Origin: Heptranchias perlo
Lineage: Eukaryota
Reading direction: 5' to 3'
Length of the DNA: 64,000 bases
NCBI RefSeq assembly: GCF_035084215.1
Contig: NC_090359.1
Location: forward strand, 24,428,001 to 24,492,000
Shown: in pieces, positions 12,770 to 25,560 of the stretch
Layout: every line of letters begins with the position of its first letter
How positions within the stretch are numbered: position 1 is the stretch's first letter
Position numbers and translations under genes: made by a program
The notes under the pieces: model-generated
Told to the model about the DNA's origin: nothing
What the model saw: only the letters and a program-made list of their open reading frames with translations
Database searches by the model: none

Positions 12770-14182
12770 TAACTCTCACTGAGGTACAGATCCATGGATC
12801 CTGACTCTCACTGGGGTACAGTTCCACGGGCACTGACTCTCACTGGGATAGGGGTTCCATGGGCACTGACTCTCACTGGGATAGGGGTTCCATGGGCACT
12901 GATTCTCACTGGGGTACGGGTTCCATGGGCACTGACTCTCACTGGGGTACAGTTCCACGGGCACTGACTCTCACTGGTGTATGGGTTCCACAGACACTGA
13001 CTCTCACTGGGGTGCAGTTCCACAGACACTGACTCTCACTGGGGTGCAGTTCCACAGACACTGACTCTCACTGGGGTACAGTTCCACGGAGACTGACTCT
13101 CATTGGGGTACAGTTCCACGGACACTGACTCTCACTGGGGTACAGTTCCAGGGGCTCTGACTCTCACTGGGGTACAGTTCCACGGACACTGTCTCTCACT
13201 GGGGTACAGTTCCCCGGGCACTGACTCTCACTGGGGTACAGTTCCACGGGCACTGACTCTCACTGGGGTACAGTTCCCCGGGCACCGACTCTCACTGGGG
13301 TACAGTTTCACGGGCACTGTCTCTCACTGGGGTACAGTTCCACGGGCACTGTCTCTCACTGGGGTACAGTTCCACAGACACTGACTCTCACTGGGGTGCA
13401 GTTCCACAGACACTGACTCTCACTGGGGTGCAGTTCCACAGACACTGACTCTCACTGGGGTACAGTTCCACGGAGACTGACTCTCATTGGGGTACAGTTC
13501 CACGGACACTGACTCTCACTGGGGTACAGTTCCAGGGGCTCTGACTCTCACTGGGGTACAGTTCCACGGACACTGTCTCTCACTGGGGTACAGTTCCCCG
13601 GGCACTGACTCTCACTGGGGTACAGTTCCACGGGCACTGACTCTCACTGGGGTACAGTTCCCCGGGCACCGACTCTCACTGGGGTACAGTTTCACGGGCA
13701 CTGTCTCTCACTGGGGTACAGTTCCACGGGCACTGTCTCTCACTGGGGTACAGTTCCACAGACACTGACTCTCACTGGGGTACAGTTCCACGGGCACTGT
13801 CTCTCACTGGGGTACAGTTCCACAGACACCGACTCTCACTGGGGTACAGTTCCATGGGCACTGACTCTCACTGGGGTACAGTTCCACAGGCACTGACTCT
13901 CACTGGGGTACAGTTTCACGGGCACTGTCTCTCACTGGGGTACAGTTCCACGGGCACTGTCTCTCACTGGGGTACAGTTCCACGGGCACTGTCTCTCACT
14001 GGGGTACAGTTCCACGGGCGCTGTCTCTCACTGGGGTACAGTTCCACGGGCACTGTCTCTCACTGGGGTACAGTTCCACGGGCACTGTCTCTCACTGGGG
14101 TACAGTTCCACGGGCACTGTCTCTCACTGGGGTACAGTTCCACGGGCGCTGTCTCTCACTGGGGTACCTTTTACGGGCACTG
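12770..14182. repeat. 32-bp minisatellite (ctgactctcactggggtacagttccacgggca) with a 384-bp (12-unit) higher-order duplication
   Basis: Identical 93-aa ORFs at 13103 and 13487 are offset by 384 bp. Confidence 0.95.
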
Positions 14183-14270
14183 AGTGCCTCTGATAAAATT
14201 CCACTGAGCTGCAAGGCATAGAGTATAAATTTCTATAAATGATCAGGTGACAAATTGAACTGTGCTGTAT

Positions 14271-14416
14271 TTCCGGGAAATCTGCTCAGAGAACTGATGA
14301 CGAGTCATCCCATCTCTTTCTGAATATAGCTGAACAAAAACAGGTTTTTTGAAACAGCTCACCAGATCATAACTTCCCCCATCTTCCTGTGTAACTCATG
14401 AGTCAGCATCAGCTGT
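14271..14416. promoter_or_regulatory. Candidate immune/stress enhancer motif cluster (STAT-GAS, PU.1/ETS, NF-E2/ARE, E-box)
   Basis: TTCCGGGAA 14271-14279; aacttcccc 14371-14379; cttcctg; ATGAGTCAGCA 14398-14408; CAGCTG. Confidence 0.35.
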
Positions 14417-14459
14417 TGTTTTCACATTTTGAAAATGTTCCTTCTTAATTCATGTGTCA

Positions 14460-15080
14460 CAAACAGACCCCTGTATAACACACCCCTCACTGATATCCCA
14501 CTCCCTCCAATAGACCCATTTAAACAGCCCCTGTATAACACACCCCTCACTGTAACACTCACTGATATCCCACTCCCTCTAATAGACCCATGTAAACAGC
14601 CCCTGTATAACACACCCCTCACTGTAACACTCACTGATATCCCACTCCCTCTAATAGACCCATGTAAACAGCCCCTGTATAACACACCTCACTGTAACAC
14701 TCACTGATATCCCACTCTCTCCAATAGACCCATATAAACAGTCCCCTGTATAACACCCCTCACTGTAACACTCACTGATATCCCACTCCCTCCAACAGAC
14801 CCATGTAAACAGCCCCCTGTATAACACACCCCTCACTGATATCCCACTCCCTCTAATAGACCCATGTAAACAGACCCTGTATAACACACCCCTCACTGTA
14901 AACACTCACTGATATCCCACTCCCTCTAATAGACCCATGTAAACAGACCCTGTATAACACACCCCTCACTGTAAACACTCACTGATATCCCATTCCTTGT
15001 AATAGATACCCATATAAAACCCCCCTCACTGTAAGACTCACTGATACTCCACTCCCTCCAATAGAGGCCCATGTAAACAG
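14460..15080. repeat. 60/72-bp minisatellite (cactgatatcccactccctctaatagacccatgtaaacagcccctgtataacacacccct[cactgtaacact])
   Basis: Visible periodicity; 24-aa repeats in the ORF track. Confidence 0.93.
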
Positions 15081-15094
15081 TACCAATATGAATG

Positions 15095-15585
15095 ATCCGC
15101 AGGATGCACTCCAGCAACTCAGCAAACTTACTTTGACAGCACTTCCCTCCACCGAGAAAGACAAGGGCAGTAATGTCACGAGAACACCATCATCTCCGAG
15201 TTCCTCTCCAAGTCACACACCGCCTTGACTTGAAAACATATCTCCGTTTCTTCATCATCACTGGGACAATATCAAGAAGAAGGCCCACCACCACCTTCTC
15301 AAGAGGCAACTAGGGATAGGAACAAGGGAACATAGGAACAGGAGTAGGCCATTCAGCCCCTCGAGCCTGTTCCTCCATTCAATCAGATCATGGCTGAAAC
15401 TGTATCGTAACTCCATTTACCCGTGTCGAGACCCTCACCTAACAAAAATCTCTCAATCTCAGTTTTGAAATATGCAAATTGACTCCCAGCCCCAGCAGCT
15501 TTTTGGGGGAGAGAGTTCCAGATTTCCACTACCAGATGGTCAATAAATGGGGCCTGGCCAGCGATGTCCACTTCCGGAGACTGTT
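15095..15585 (+). mobile_element. Old 3' fragment of the 11171-12680 LINE family, interrupted by a minus-strand CR1 3' fragment (~15325-15530)
   Basis: aagaagaaggcccaccaccaccttctcaag...caataaatg..ggcctggccagcgatg matches the tail of the 11.2-kb element. Confidence 0.75.
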
Positions 15586-15789
15586 TTTTTAAAATTAAAA
15601 AGTAGGCCTCCTTTCACTAAACTCACAATTCTATCTGGAGTTCAGCGCTGAACTGGTTGATGAAAGAAAGCCTTGGGGATATCGTTAACGTAGGAACCAT
15701 TTTTCTGCACTGGGACACAGGAGGAAAGGTTAGGAAGATACGCATGGACTGCACTTTGAGGCCAGCCGGTGCCGACCAGGCCGGGAGCT

Positions 15790-16145
15790 GTTGCCAACTC
15801 TCCAGGATTGCCCCGGAGTCTCCAGGAGTTGAAGATTAACCTCCAGGACACTGCTACGATCAAACACGGGAGAAAAAAAATCATAATTGTGGGGGGTTTT
15901 TCTTTCATTTTCTTCAAACGCTTTCACTTATCAGTTATAAAAATGTTGGAGATGAGGCGGGGAAAGGCTGTTTCCTTAACGGTCAAGATTAATCCAATTG
16001 GGTAACAAAGAGTTTGTTCCCTTTCCAATTGGCCGTGGGTAGGCGGTGCGCCTGGAGGATGGACCAATGGCGGGGGTGTGGGGGTGGGGCGCGAGGTCAT
16101 GTGATGAAATCTCCAGGAATATGCCCAACCAGAGTTGGCAACCCA
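15790..16145. mobile_element. Non-autonomous DNA transposon (MITE, probably hAT-like) with terminal inverted repeats
   Basis: gttgccaactct (15790-15801) and agagttggcaac (16131-16142) are perfect 12-bp inverted repeats; no ORF. Confidence 0.75.
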
Positions 16146-16544
16146 AGGGCACAGGCCGAAAGCCTGCCGTGATTGGACACCTAGGGACGAGGGGTGACGA
16201 CCTTGTCTAAAATGTTAACCTCCACTAGGTCAAGGTTGGGGGAAGGGGTCGTTTAATCCAACTGTAGTCAATGGCATGAGAAATCAGATGCAGCATTACC
16301 TCAGGAGACTCTGCCTGGTTTCTGTCCCAATTCCCTTCAGCCGCACTGAGGCCCGGTGAGACAACTTCTCATTTCGCAGAACTCACCGCCGAACTCTGCG
16401 GCTGAGATGAAAAGATGGAAAATTTCCGACGATGGTTCAGTTCGATTCAGGGTCAAGTCTGTAAATCCTGACTGGCTGGTGAGATGTTATATGGGGGAAC
16501 GACCAGTTGAACGGAGCAGCATTTTGAGAACGAGGGGCGTCACA

Positions 16545-16960
16545 GAAGGAAGAACTTCAAGATGTCCCAAAACGCTCTGCGGCCGCTGAAGTACTTTCAC
16601 CGTTGCAGGAAACGTGGCAGCCAATTTGCGCACAGCAAGATCCCACAAACAGATAATCTGGTTTTTTTTAGTGATGTTGGTTGAGGGGTAAATATTGGCC
16701 CAGGACACCAGTAAGAACTCCCCCTCTCCTTCTTCGAAATAATGCCATGGGGTCTTTTACGCCCACCTGAGAGGCAGGCGGGGCCTCGGTTTAACATCTC
16801 ATCCGAAAGACGGCACCTCTGACAACGCAGCACTCCCTCGGTGCTGCACTGGGAGTGTCAGCCGAGATTTTGTGATCAAGTCTCTGGAGAGGGGCTTGAA
16901 CCCATGACTTTCTGACTCAGAAGGAGAAGAATCTTATCCATTGAGCCATGGCTGACACCG
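16545..16960 (-). mobile_element. DeuSINE (SacSINE1-like)
   Basis: Reverse complement of the 9211-9625 copy. Confidence 0.9.
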
Positions 16961-17453
16961 TAATAGAGGACAAGTTTTTGCATATTTAGCTCATTAATAT
17001 TCCAATTCGCTGTCCTAAAGAACATCACTGAAATTTATCTTTAAACTTTAATTATTAACATTTTTTATTCGCTTTCCTTTTCTCACTCTCATGTGTACCT
17101 CCTGGACGGTGACATCCCTCCCCCCAACTCCCAACCAGCCAGTGGATTTGTGTGGGACTTCGGGTTGGGACGGACTTGGGGCTCGACGGCGATGCCCCCT
17201 GTGGCCGAATAGCATCCTCACCATCGGCGCCCGGGCTCAGAAATAAAAATGGCCGTTTGGACAGCAGGCCCTGGCGAGAGGTTCGGGGCCTCGGGAGACG
17301 AGGTGAGAGAGGCGGGAAGAAACAGAAAATCAAGGGAAGACGCAGTCTCGGAAGAGAAGCCGTGAGACGTCTGGGGAAGGGAGGGAGTCGAGACCAAGTC
17401 AATCGGTTCAACGCTGACCTTTCACCTCTGCGACCCAGGTTCAAACCTAACTC

Positions 17454-17680
17454 ATGTAAGCAATCTTACGACACCAGGTTATAGTCCAACAGTTTTATTT
17501 GAAAATCACAAGCTTTCGGAGATTATCTCCTTCGTCAGCCTCCGATAGCTTGTGATTTTCAAATAAAACTGTTGGACTATAACCTGGTGTTGTAAGATTC
17601 CTTACATTTAGAGTTATACAGCACGGATAGAGGCCCTTCGGCCCATCGTGTCATTTGTCCACCCCAGTCCATCTCCACAT
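17454..17680. mobile_element. Palindromic Penelope-like element remnant with a 14-bp target-site duplication and a nested CR1 tail
   Basis: ~68-bp inverted arms 17454-17521 / 17540-17607; tcaaacctaactca duplicated at 17441-17454 and 17680-17693. Confidence 0.8.
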
Positions 17681-18035
17681 CAAACCTAACTCAGACCACT
17701 GAGACCAAAGTCTCCTTTCTGTGCCCGAAGAGACACCCATCGAGAATGAAATTTGAAATATTGCATAATAACATCAGGAAATATTTTTCTTAACGCAAAA
17801 CGATTGCGCAAAACGATCACATGCGTCTGGGTCACTATGATCAGTGTTTAGTGATTCAGTGACTGGCTGCAGTGAGATTTCCTCAATGAGATCGGCCGGG
17901 AACTGCTGCTCTGTGTTATAATTCCTGATCCGCACTCGTGCAGTGTGACGAAGCAAAATATTTACTCCCAGCTCACTTCCTCGATAAGAGGTCCGTCTCC
18001 TGATCTTTAGATGGGCTTCTCCCTCTCTGACGTCT

Positions 18036-18550
18036 ACTCGGTTGGTGGCACTCTCTCCTCGGAGTCGGAAGGTCAAGTGTGTTCGAAGTCCCACTCCAGA
18101 GACTTCAGCACATCATTTAGGCCGACACTCCCAGTGCGGTACTGAGGCGGAGGTGCCGTCTTTCGGGTGAGACGTTGAACCGAGGCCCTGCCTGCCCTCT
18201 CAGGTAAAAGACCCTGCGGCACTATTTCGAAGAAGAGCAGGGGGGAGTTCTCCCCGGTGTCCTGGGGCCAATATTTATCGCTCGACCATCATCACTAAAA
18301 CAGATTATCTGGTCCGTATCACATTGCTGTTTGTGGGATCTTGCTGTGCGCAAATTGGCTGCAGTGTTTCCCTACATTACAACAGTGACTACACTTCTAA
18401 AGTACTTCATTGGCTGTAAAGCGGTTTGGGACGTCCTGAAAGGCTCGATAGAAATGCGGGTCTTTCCTTCTACCTTCTTTTTGGTGTCCTGGACCAATAT
18501 TTATCCCTCAACAAATATCACTAAAAAACAGATCATCTGGTCATTTATGG
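18036..18550 (+). mobile_element. DeuSINE plus a partial second copy
   Basis: tRNA-like head, Deu core, tail. Confidence 0.88.
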
Positions 18551-18614
18551 GTGGTAGCTGATACATTTTACATCCCATTTTTATTCCCATTGACTGCAAT
18601 GGACATGGTGGATA

Positions 18615-21600
18615 ATGGGCGGGGCATACAATGGGCGGGGCGTTCAAGGGGCGGGGCATACAATGGGCAGGGCGTTCAAGGGGCGGGGCATACAATGGGC
18701 AGGGCGTATACCGGGCAGGATGTATAATGGGCGGGGCGTATAATGGATGGGATGTATGATGAGCAGGATGTTTAGCGGGTGTGGGCTATAACGGGCAGAG
18801 CGTATAACGGGAAGGGTATACAACGGGAAGGGTATATAACGGGAAGGGTATACAACGGGAAGGGTATATAACGGGAAGGGTATATAAAGGGAAGGGTATA
18901 TAACGGGAAGGGTATATAACGGGAAGGGTATATAATGGGAAGGGTATATAACGGGAAGGGTATATAACGGGAAGGGTATATAACGGGAAGGGTATATAAA
19001 GGGAAGGGTATATAACGGGAAGGGTATATAAAGGGAAGGGTATATAACGGGAAGGGTATATAACGGGAAGGGTATTTAACGGGAAGGGTATATAATGGGA
19101 GCGGTATATAACGGGAAGGGTATATAACAGGAAGGGTATATAAAGGGAAGGGTATATAACGGGAAGGGTATATAAAGGGAAGGGTATATAAAGGGAAGGG
19201 TATATAACGGGAAGGGTATATAAAGGGAAGGGTATATAACGGGAAGGGTATATAACGGGAAGGGTATATAATGGGAGCGGTATATAACGGGAAGGGTATA
19301 TAACGGGAAGGGTATATAACAGAAAGGGTATATAACGGGAAGGGTATATAAGGGGAAGGGTATATAATGGGAAGGGTATATAACGGGAAGGGTATATTAC
19401 AGGAGAGGTATATAACGGGAGGGGTGTATAACGGGAAGGGTATATAACGGGAAGGATATATAACGGGAAGGGTATATAACGGGAAGGATATATAACGGGA
19501 AGGGTATATAACGGGAAGGGTATATAACGGGAAGGGTATATAACGGGAAGGATATATAACGGGAAGGGTATATAAAAGGAAGGGTATATAACGGGAAGGA
19601 TATATAACGGGAAGGGTATATAACGGGAAGGATATATAACGGGAAGGGTATATAACGGGAAGGGTATATAACAGGAAGGGTATATAACGGGAAGGATATA
19701 TAACGGGAAGGGTATATAACGGGAAGGGTATATAACGGGAAGGATATATAACGGGAAGGGTATATAACGGGAAGGGTATATAACGGGAAGGGTATATAAC
19801 GGGAAGGATATATAACGGGAAGGGTATATAACGGGAAGGATATATAACGGGAAGGGTATATAACGGGAGGGGTATATAACGGGAGGGGTATATAACGGAA
19901 AAGATATATAACGGGATGGATATATAACGGGAAGGGTATATAACGGGAGGGGTATATAACGGGAGGGGTATATAAAGGGAAGGGTATATAACGGGAAGGG
20001 TATATAATGGGAAGGGTATATAACGGGAGGGGTATATAACGGGAAGGGTATATAACGGGAAGGGTATATAACGGGAAGGATATATAACGGGAAGGGTATA
20101 TAACGGGAAGGGTATATAACGGGAAGGGTATATAACGGGAAGGGTATATAACAGGAAGGGTATATAACGGGAAGGATATATAACAGGAGAGGTATATAAC
20201 GGGAAGGATATATAACGGGAAGGATATATAACGGGAAGGGTATATAACGGGAAGGATATATAACGGGAAGGGTATATAACGGGAAGGATATATAACGGGA
20301 AGGGTATATAACGGGAAGGGTATATAACAGGAGAGGTATATAACGGGAAGGATATATAACGGGAAGGGTATATAACGGGAGAGGTATATAACGGGAAGGG
20401 TATATAACGGGAAGGATATATAACGGGAGGGGTATATAACGGGAAGGGTATATAACGGGAAGGGTATATAACAGGAGAGGTATATAACGGGAAGGATATA
20501 TAACGGGAAGGGTATATAACGGGAGAGGTATATAACGGGAAGGGTATATAACGGGAAGGGTATATAATGGGAAGGGTATATAACGGGAGGGGTATATAAC
20601 GGGAAGGATATATAACGGGAAGGGTATATAACGGGAGGGGTATATAACGGGAAGGATATATAACGGGAAGGGTATATAACGGGAGGGGTATATAACGGGA
20701 AGGATATATAACGGGAGGGGTATATAACGGGAAGGGTATATAACGGGAAGGATATATAACGGGAGGGGTATATAAAGGGAAGGGTATATAACGGGAAGGG
20801 TATATAATGGGAAGGGTATATAACGGGAAGGGTATATAACGGGAGGGGTATATAACGGGAAGGATATATAACGGGAAGGGTATATAACGGGAAGGATATA
20901 TAACGGGAAGGGTATATAACGGGAAGGGTATATAACGGGAAGGATATATAACGGGAAGGGTATATAACGGGAAGGATATATAACGGGAGGGGTATATAAA
21001 GGGAAGGGTATATAACGGGAAGGGTATATAATGGGAAGGGTATATAACGGGAAGGGTATATAACGGGAAGGGTATATAACGGGAAGGGTATATAACGGGA
21101 AGGATATATAACGGGAAGGGTATATAACGGGAAGGATATATAACGGGAAGGGTATATAACGGGAAGGATATATAACGGGAAGGGTATATAACGGGAAGGG
21201 TATATAACGGGAAGGGTATATAACGGGAAGGGTATATAACAGGAAGGGTATATAACGGGAAGGATATATAACGGGAAGGGTATATAACAGGAAGGGTATA
21301 TAACGGGAAGGATATATAACGGGAAGGGTATATAACGGGAAGGGTATATAACGGGAAGGATATATAACGGGAAGGATATATAACGGGAAGGGTATATAAC
21401 GGGAAGGGTATATAACGGGAAGGGTATATAACGGGAAGGGTATATAACGGGAAGGGTATATAACGGGAAGGGTATATAACGGGAAGGGTATATAACGGGA
21501 AGGGTATATAATGGGAAGGGTATATAACGGGAAGGGTATATAACGGGAGGGGTATATAACGGGAAGGGTATATAACGGGAGGGGTATATAACGGGAAGGG

Positions 21601-22974
21601 TATATAAAGGGAAGGGTATATAACGGGAAGGGTATATAACAGGAAGGATATATAACGGGAAGGGTATATAACGGGAAGGGTATATAACAGGAAGGGTATA
21701 TAACGGGAAGGATATATAACGGGAAGGGTATATAACGGGAAGGGTATATAACGGGAAGGGTATATAACGGGAAGGGTATATAACGGGAAGGATATATAAC
21801 GGGAAGGATATATAACGGGAAGGGTATATAACGGGAAGGGTATATAACGGGAAGGATATATAACGGGAAGGGTATATAACGGGAAGGGTATATAACGGGA
21901 AGGATATATAACGGGAAGGGTATATAACGGGAAGGGTATATAACGGGAAGGGTATATAACGGGAAGGATATATAACGGGAAGGGTATATAACGGGAAGGG
22001 TATATAAAGGGAAGGGTATATAACGGGAAGGATATATAACGGGAAGGGTATATAACGGGAAGGGTATATAACGGGAAGGATATATAACAGGAAGGATATA
22101 TAACGGGAAGGGTATATAACGGGAAGGGTATATAACGGGAAGGATATATAACGGGAAGGGTATATAACGGGAAGGGTATATAACGGGAAGGGTATATAAC
22201 GGGAAGGGTATATAACGGGAAGGATATATAACGGGAAGGGTATATAACGGGAAGGATATATAACGGGAAGGGTATATAACGGGAAGGGTATATAACGGGA
22301 AGGATATATAACGGGAAGGGTATATAACGGGAAGGGTATATAACAGGAAGGATATATAACGGGAAGGGTATATAACGGGAAGGGTATATAACGGGAAGGA
22401 TATATAACGGGAAGGGTATATAACGGGAAGGGTATATAACGGGAAGGATATATAACGGGAAGGGTATATAACGGGAAGGGTATATAACAGGAAGGATATA
22501 TAACGGGAAGGGTATATAACGGGAAGGGTATATAACGGGAAGGGTATATAACAGGAAGGATATATAACGGGAAGGGTATATAACGGGAAGGGTATATAAC
22601 GGGAAGGATATATAACGGGAAGGGTATATAACAGGAAGGATATATAACGGGAAGGGTATATAACGGGAAGGGTATATAACGGGAAGGGTATATAACGGGA
22701 AGGGTATATAACGGGAAGGGTATATAACAGGAAGGATATATAACGGGAAGGGTATATAACGGGAAGGGTATATAACGGGAAGGATATATAACGGGAAGGG
22801 TATATAACGGGAAGGGTATATAACGGGAAGGGTATATAACAGGAAGGATATATAACGGGAAGGGTATATAACGGGAAGGGTATATAACGGGAAGGATATA
22901 TAACGGGAAGGGTATATAACGGGAAGGGTATATAACGGGAAGGGTATATAACAGGAAGGATATATAACGGGAAG
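18615..22974. repeat. 16-bp satellite (taacgggaagggtata), ~270 units, with G/C-richer diverged units at the left end
   Basis: 16-aa repeat in the ORF track equals 3x16 nt. Confidence 0.98.
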
Positions 22975-24010
22975 CCGTCCCATTACCACCAGCTTTGCCG
23001 AAGATGAATTTCACCCTTCGGTGCCTTAACTTTATCAACAAGCCTCCAATCTGTCACTTTAACATCAACTGGATTTTCTGTATCAGTAAACTCCGTCTGT
23101 ACCTCAAAGAACTCCATTAAGTTTGTCGGGGATGATTGTCACTGCTAATGTTTCAATGTTAATAATTAAATGCATGCTTTGTTCAAAGGTACAATGCTTT
23201 GTTAAAACTGAAACTGCTTACAGTGCCATGGTATGATGCATGTCATGTACGCAAATACTCATGATTCCTCTTTGTGGTTTAGTTTCCTTAAAATCACTTC
23301 CAATGAGCTTTCTCGAAATTGTACAAAAATAACCAATGATGTCTGCAAACTGATAGCGTGGCTGTAATGAACACCTCAGGCAGTGTGAGAGTCTCACTGT
23401 GTTCATGGCTGTTGTTCTATACTAATCATGAACAGTTTCAGGGAAATTTGTCAGTTTTACTGGAGTGGGTGCCAGGGATGAGGGACTTCAGTTTTGGTTT
23501 ATTTTTGTCACAGTGTCATTGTAGAAAATGAAAAGCGAGATTATATCATAAGTTCTGATGATAATGTGAGCTGCTGAGCTGTGAGACAGCAGCTCAAGTG
23601 CAAATATGTGACCTAGGAGATCAAACAATTTGGCCCTCTTCATGTGGATGGTTAGTGACAACTCCAGTGTCACCTCTCCGCTACGTTTACTGCATCACAT
23701 CGATGGCTTGTAGAAAGATAGTTTCATTCCAATTTTTAACCGGTTTCAGGCTGGAGTGTCCCCTCTGATCTATTCTGACCACCATCGCTTAAGGTCCCAA
23801 TTTTCAGTTGTCTTCTGAGGGAGCTAAGCTATGAGTCCTATGATAACCTCACCAACATTGTTCTAGTATCAGCCTATTGTGCGCAGACTATTCAAACATG
23901 GGGCGAATAACCTCCCAGGAGATTACATGGCTGCAGTGGTGGGGGGAGTAGGATGTGTCACGTCATGATACCCCAGCATTGTACCCTCTCTAAAGCCTGA
24001 ATATCCATCC

Positions 24011-24703
24011 TTTTTTAAAAATTCGTTCATGGGATGTGGGCGTCCCTGGCGAGGCCGGCATTTATTGCCCATCCCTAATTGCCCCTTGAGAAGGTGGTGG
24101 TGAGCCGCCTTCTTGAACCGCTGCAGTCCGTGTGGTGACGGTTCTCCCACAGTGCTGTTAGGAAGGGAGTTCCAGGAATTTGACCCAGCGACGATGAAGG
24201 AACGGCGATATATTTCCAAGTCGGGATGGTGTGTGACTTGGAGGGGAACGTGCAGGTGGTGTTGTTCCCATGTGCCTGCTGCCCTTGTCCTTCTAGGTGG
24301 TAGAGGTTGCAGGTTTGGGAGGTGCTGTCGAAGAAGCCTTGGTGAGTTGTTGCAGTGCATCCTGTGGATGGTACACACTGCAGCCACAGTGCGCCGGTGG
24401 TGAAGGGAGTGAATGTTTAGGGTGGTGGATGGGGTGCCAATCAAGCGGGCTGCTTTGTCCTGGATGGTGTCGAGCTTCTTGAGTGTTGTTGGAGCTGCAC
24501 TCATCCAGGCAAGTGGAGAGTATTCCATCACACTCCTGACTTGCGCCTTGTAGATGGTGGAAAGGCTTTGAGGAGTCAGGAGGTGAGTCACTCGCCGCAG
24601 AATACCCAGCCTCTGACCTGCTCTTGTAGCCACAGTGTTTATATGGCTGGTCCAGTTAAGTTTCTGGTCAATGGTGACCCCCAGGATGTTGATGGTGGGG
24701 AAT
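24011..24703 (-). mobile_element. 5'-truncated young copy of the CR1/Jockey-group LINE at 11171-12680
   Basis: Near-identical translated sequence (LNWTSHINTVATRAGQRLGILRRV...). Confidence 0.92.
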
Positions 24704-24965
24704 CCTAGTGTGAAGCCCAATACTGCACACAATACTCCAACTGAGGTCGTATTAAAGTTTTACATACAGGCTCATGGCCTATTGGCCTTTAATTCTTGTG
24801 ATAAAACCTAGAATTCCATTAGCTTTTCTTTAGCAGCCTTATCGACTTGAGGGGCTGCCTTCAATGTCCTACAAACCTATACTCCCCAAATCTCTCCGCA
24901 TGGGCTTCAGTCCAGAATATAATTACTGCTGCCAATTTACCAAAATGCATCACCTCGCACTTACT
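24704..24965 (-). mobile_element. Old CR1 ORF2 fragment
   Basis: Reverse strand reads CEVMHFG...PQLEYCVQ-like CR1 motifs. Confidence 0.7.
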
Positions 24966-24973
24966 AACGTTGA

Positions 24974-25560
24974 CCGTCTTTCGGTGAGACGTTAAACCGA
25001 GGTCCCGTCTGCCCTCTCAGGTGGACGTAAAAGATCCCAAGGGCCACTATTTCGTCGAAGAGCTGGGGGAGTTCTCCCCATTGAGCTGGGCCAATATTTA
25101 TCCCTCAACCAACACCATTAAAATCTGGCAAAAGAACCAGAGGGGAGATGAGGAGAATTTTTTTTACGCAGCGAGTTGTGATGATCTGGAATGGGCTGCC
25201 TGAAAGGGCGGTGGAAGCAGATTCAATAATAACTTTCAAAAGGGAATTGGATAAACACTTGAAGGGGAAAAATTTGCAGGGCTATGGGGAAAGAGCAGGG
25301 GGGAGTGGGACTGATTCGATAGTTCTTTCAAAGAGCCGGCACAGGCAGACTGGGCCGAATGGCCTCCTTCCATGCTGTATCATTCTATTATTCTATGATT
25401 TATTTCATTGCTGTTTGTGGGATCTTGCTGTGTGCAAATTGGCTGCTGCGTTTCCTACATTACAACGGTGACCTCACTTCAAAAGTACTTAATTGGCTAT
25501 AAGGCACTTTGGGACGACCTGAGGTTGTGACAGGCGCTATATAAATGCGAGTTCTTTCTT
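24974..25560 (+). mobile_element. DeuSINE split by a CR1 3'-end insertion (~25125-25400)
   Basis: Deu core at 24974-25120 resumes at ~25400; the insert reads FFTQRVVMIWNGLP...FKRELD. Confidence 0.85.

Noticed and set aside
18772-23041. 1405-aa and 1214-aa minus-strand ORFs
   Set aside because: Translations of a 16-bp satellite lacking stops on that strand; open in several frames with no protein signature
23510-23537. Isolated cryptic 12-RSS (CACAGTG-12-ATGAAAAGC)
   Set aside because: Single 6/9 nonamer matches are expected by chance and there is no adjacent gene segment
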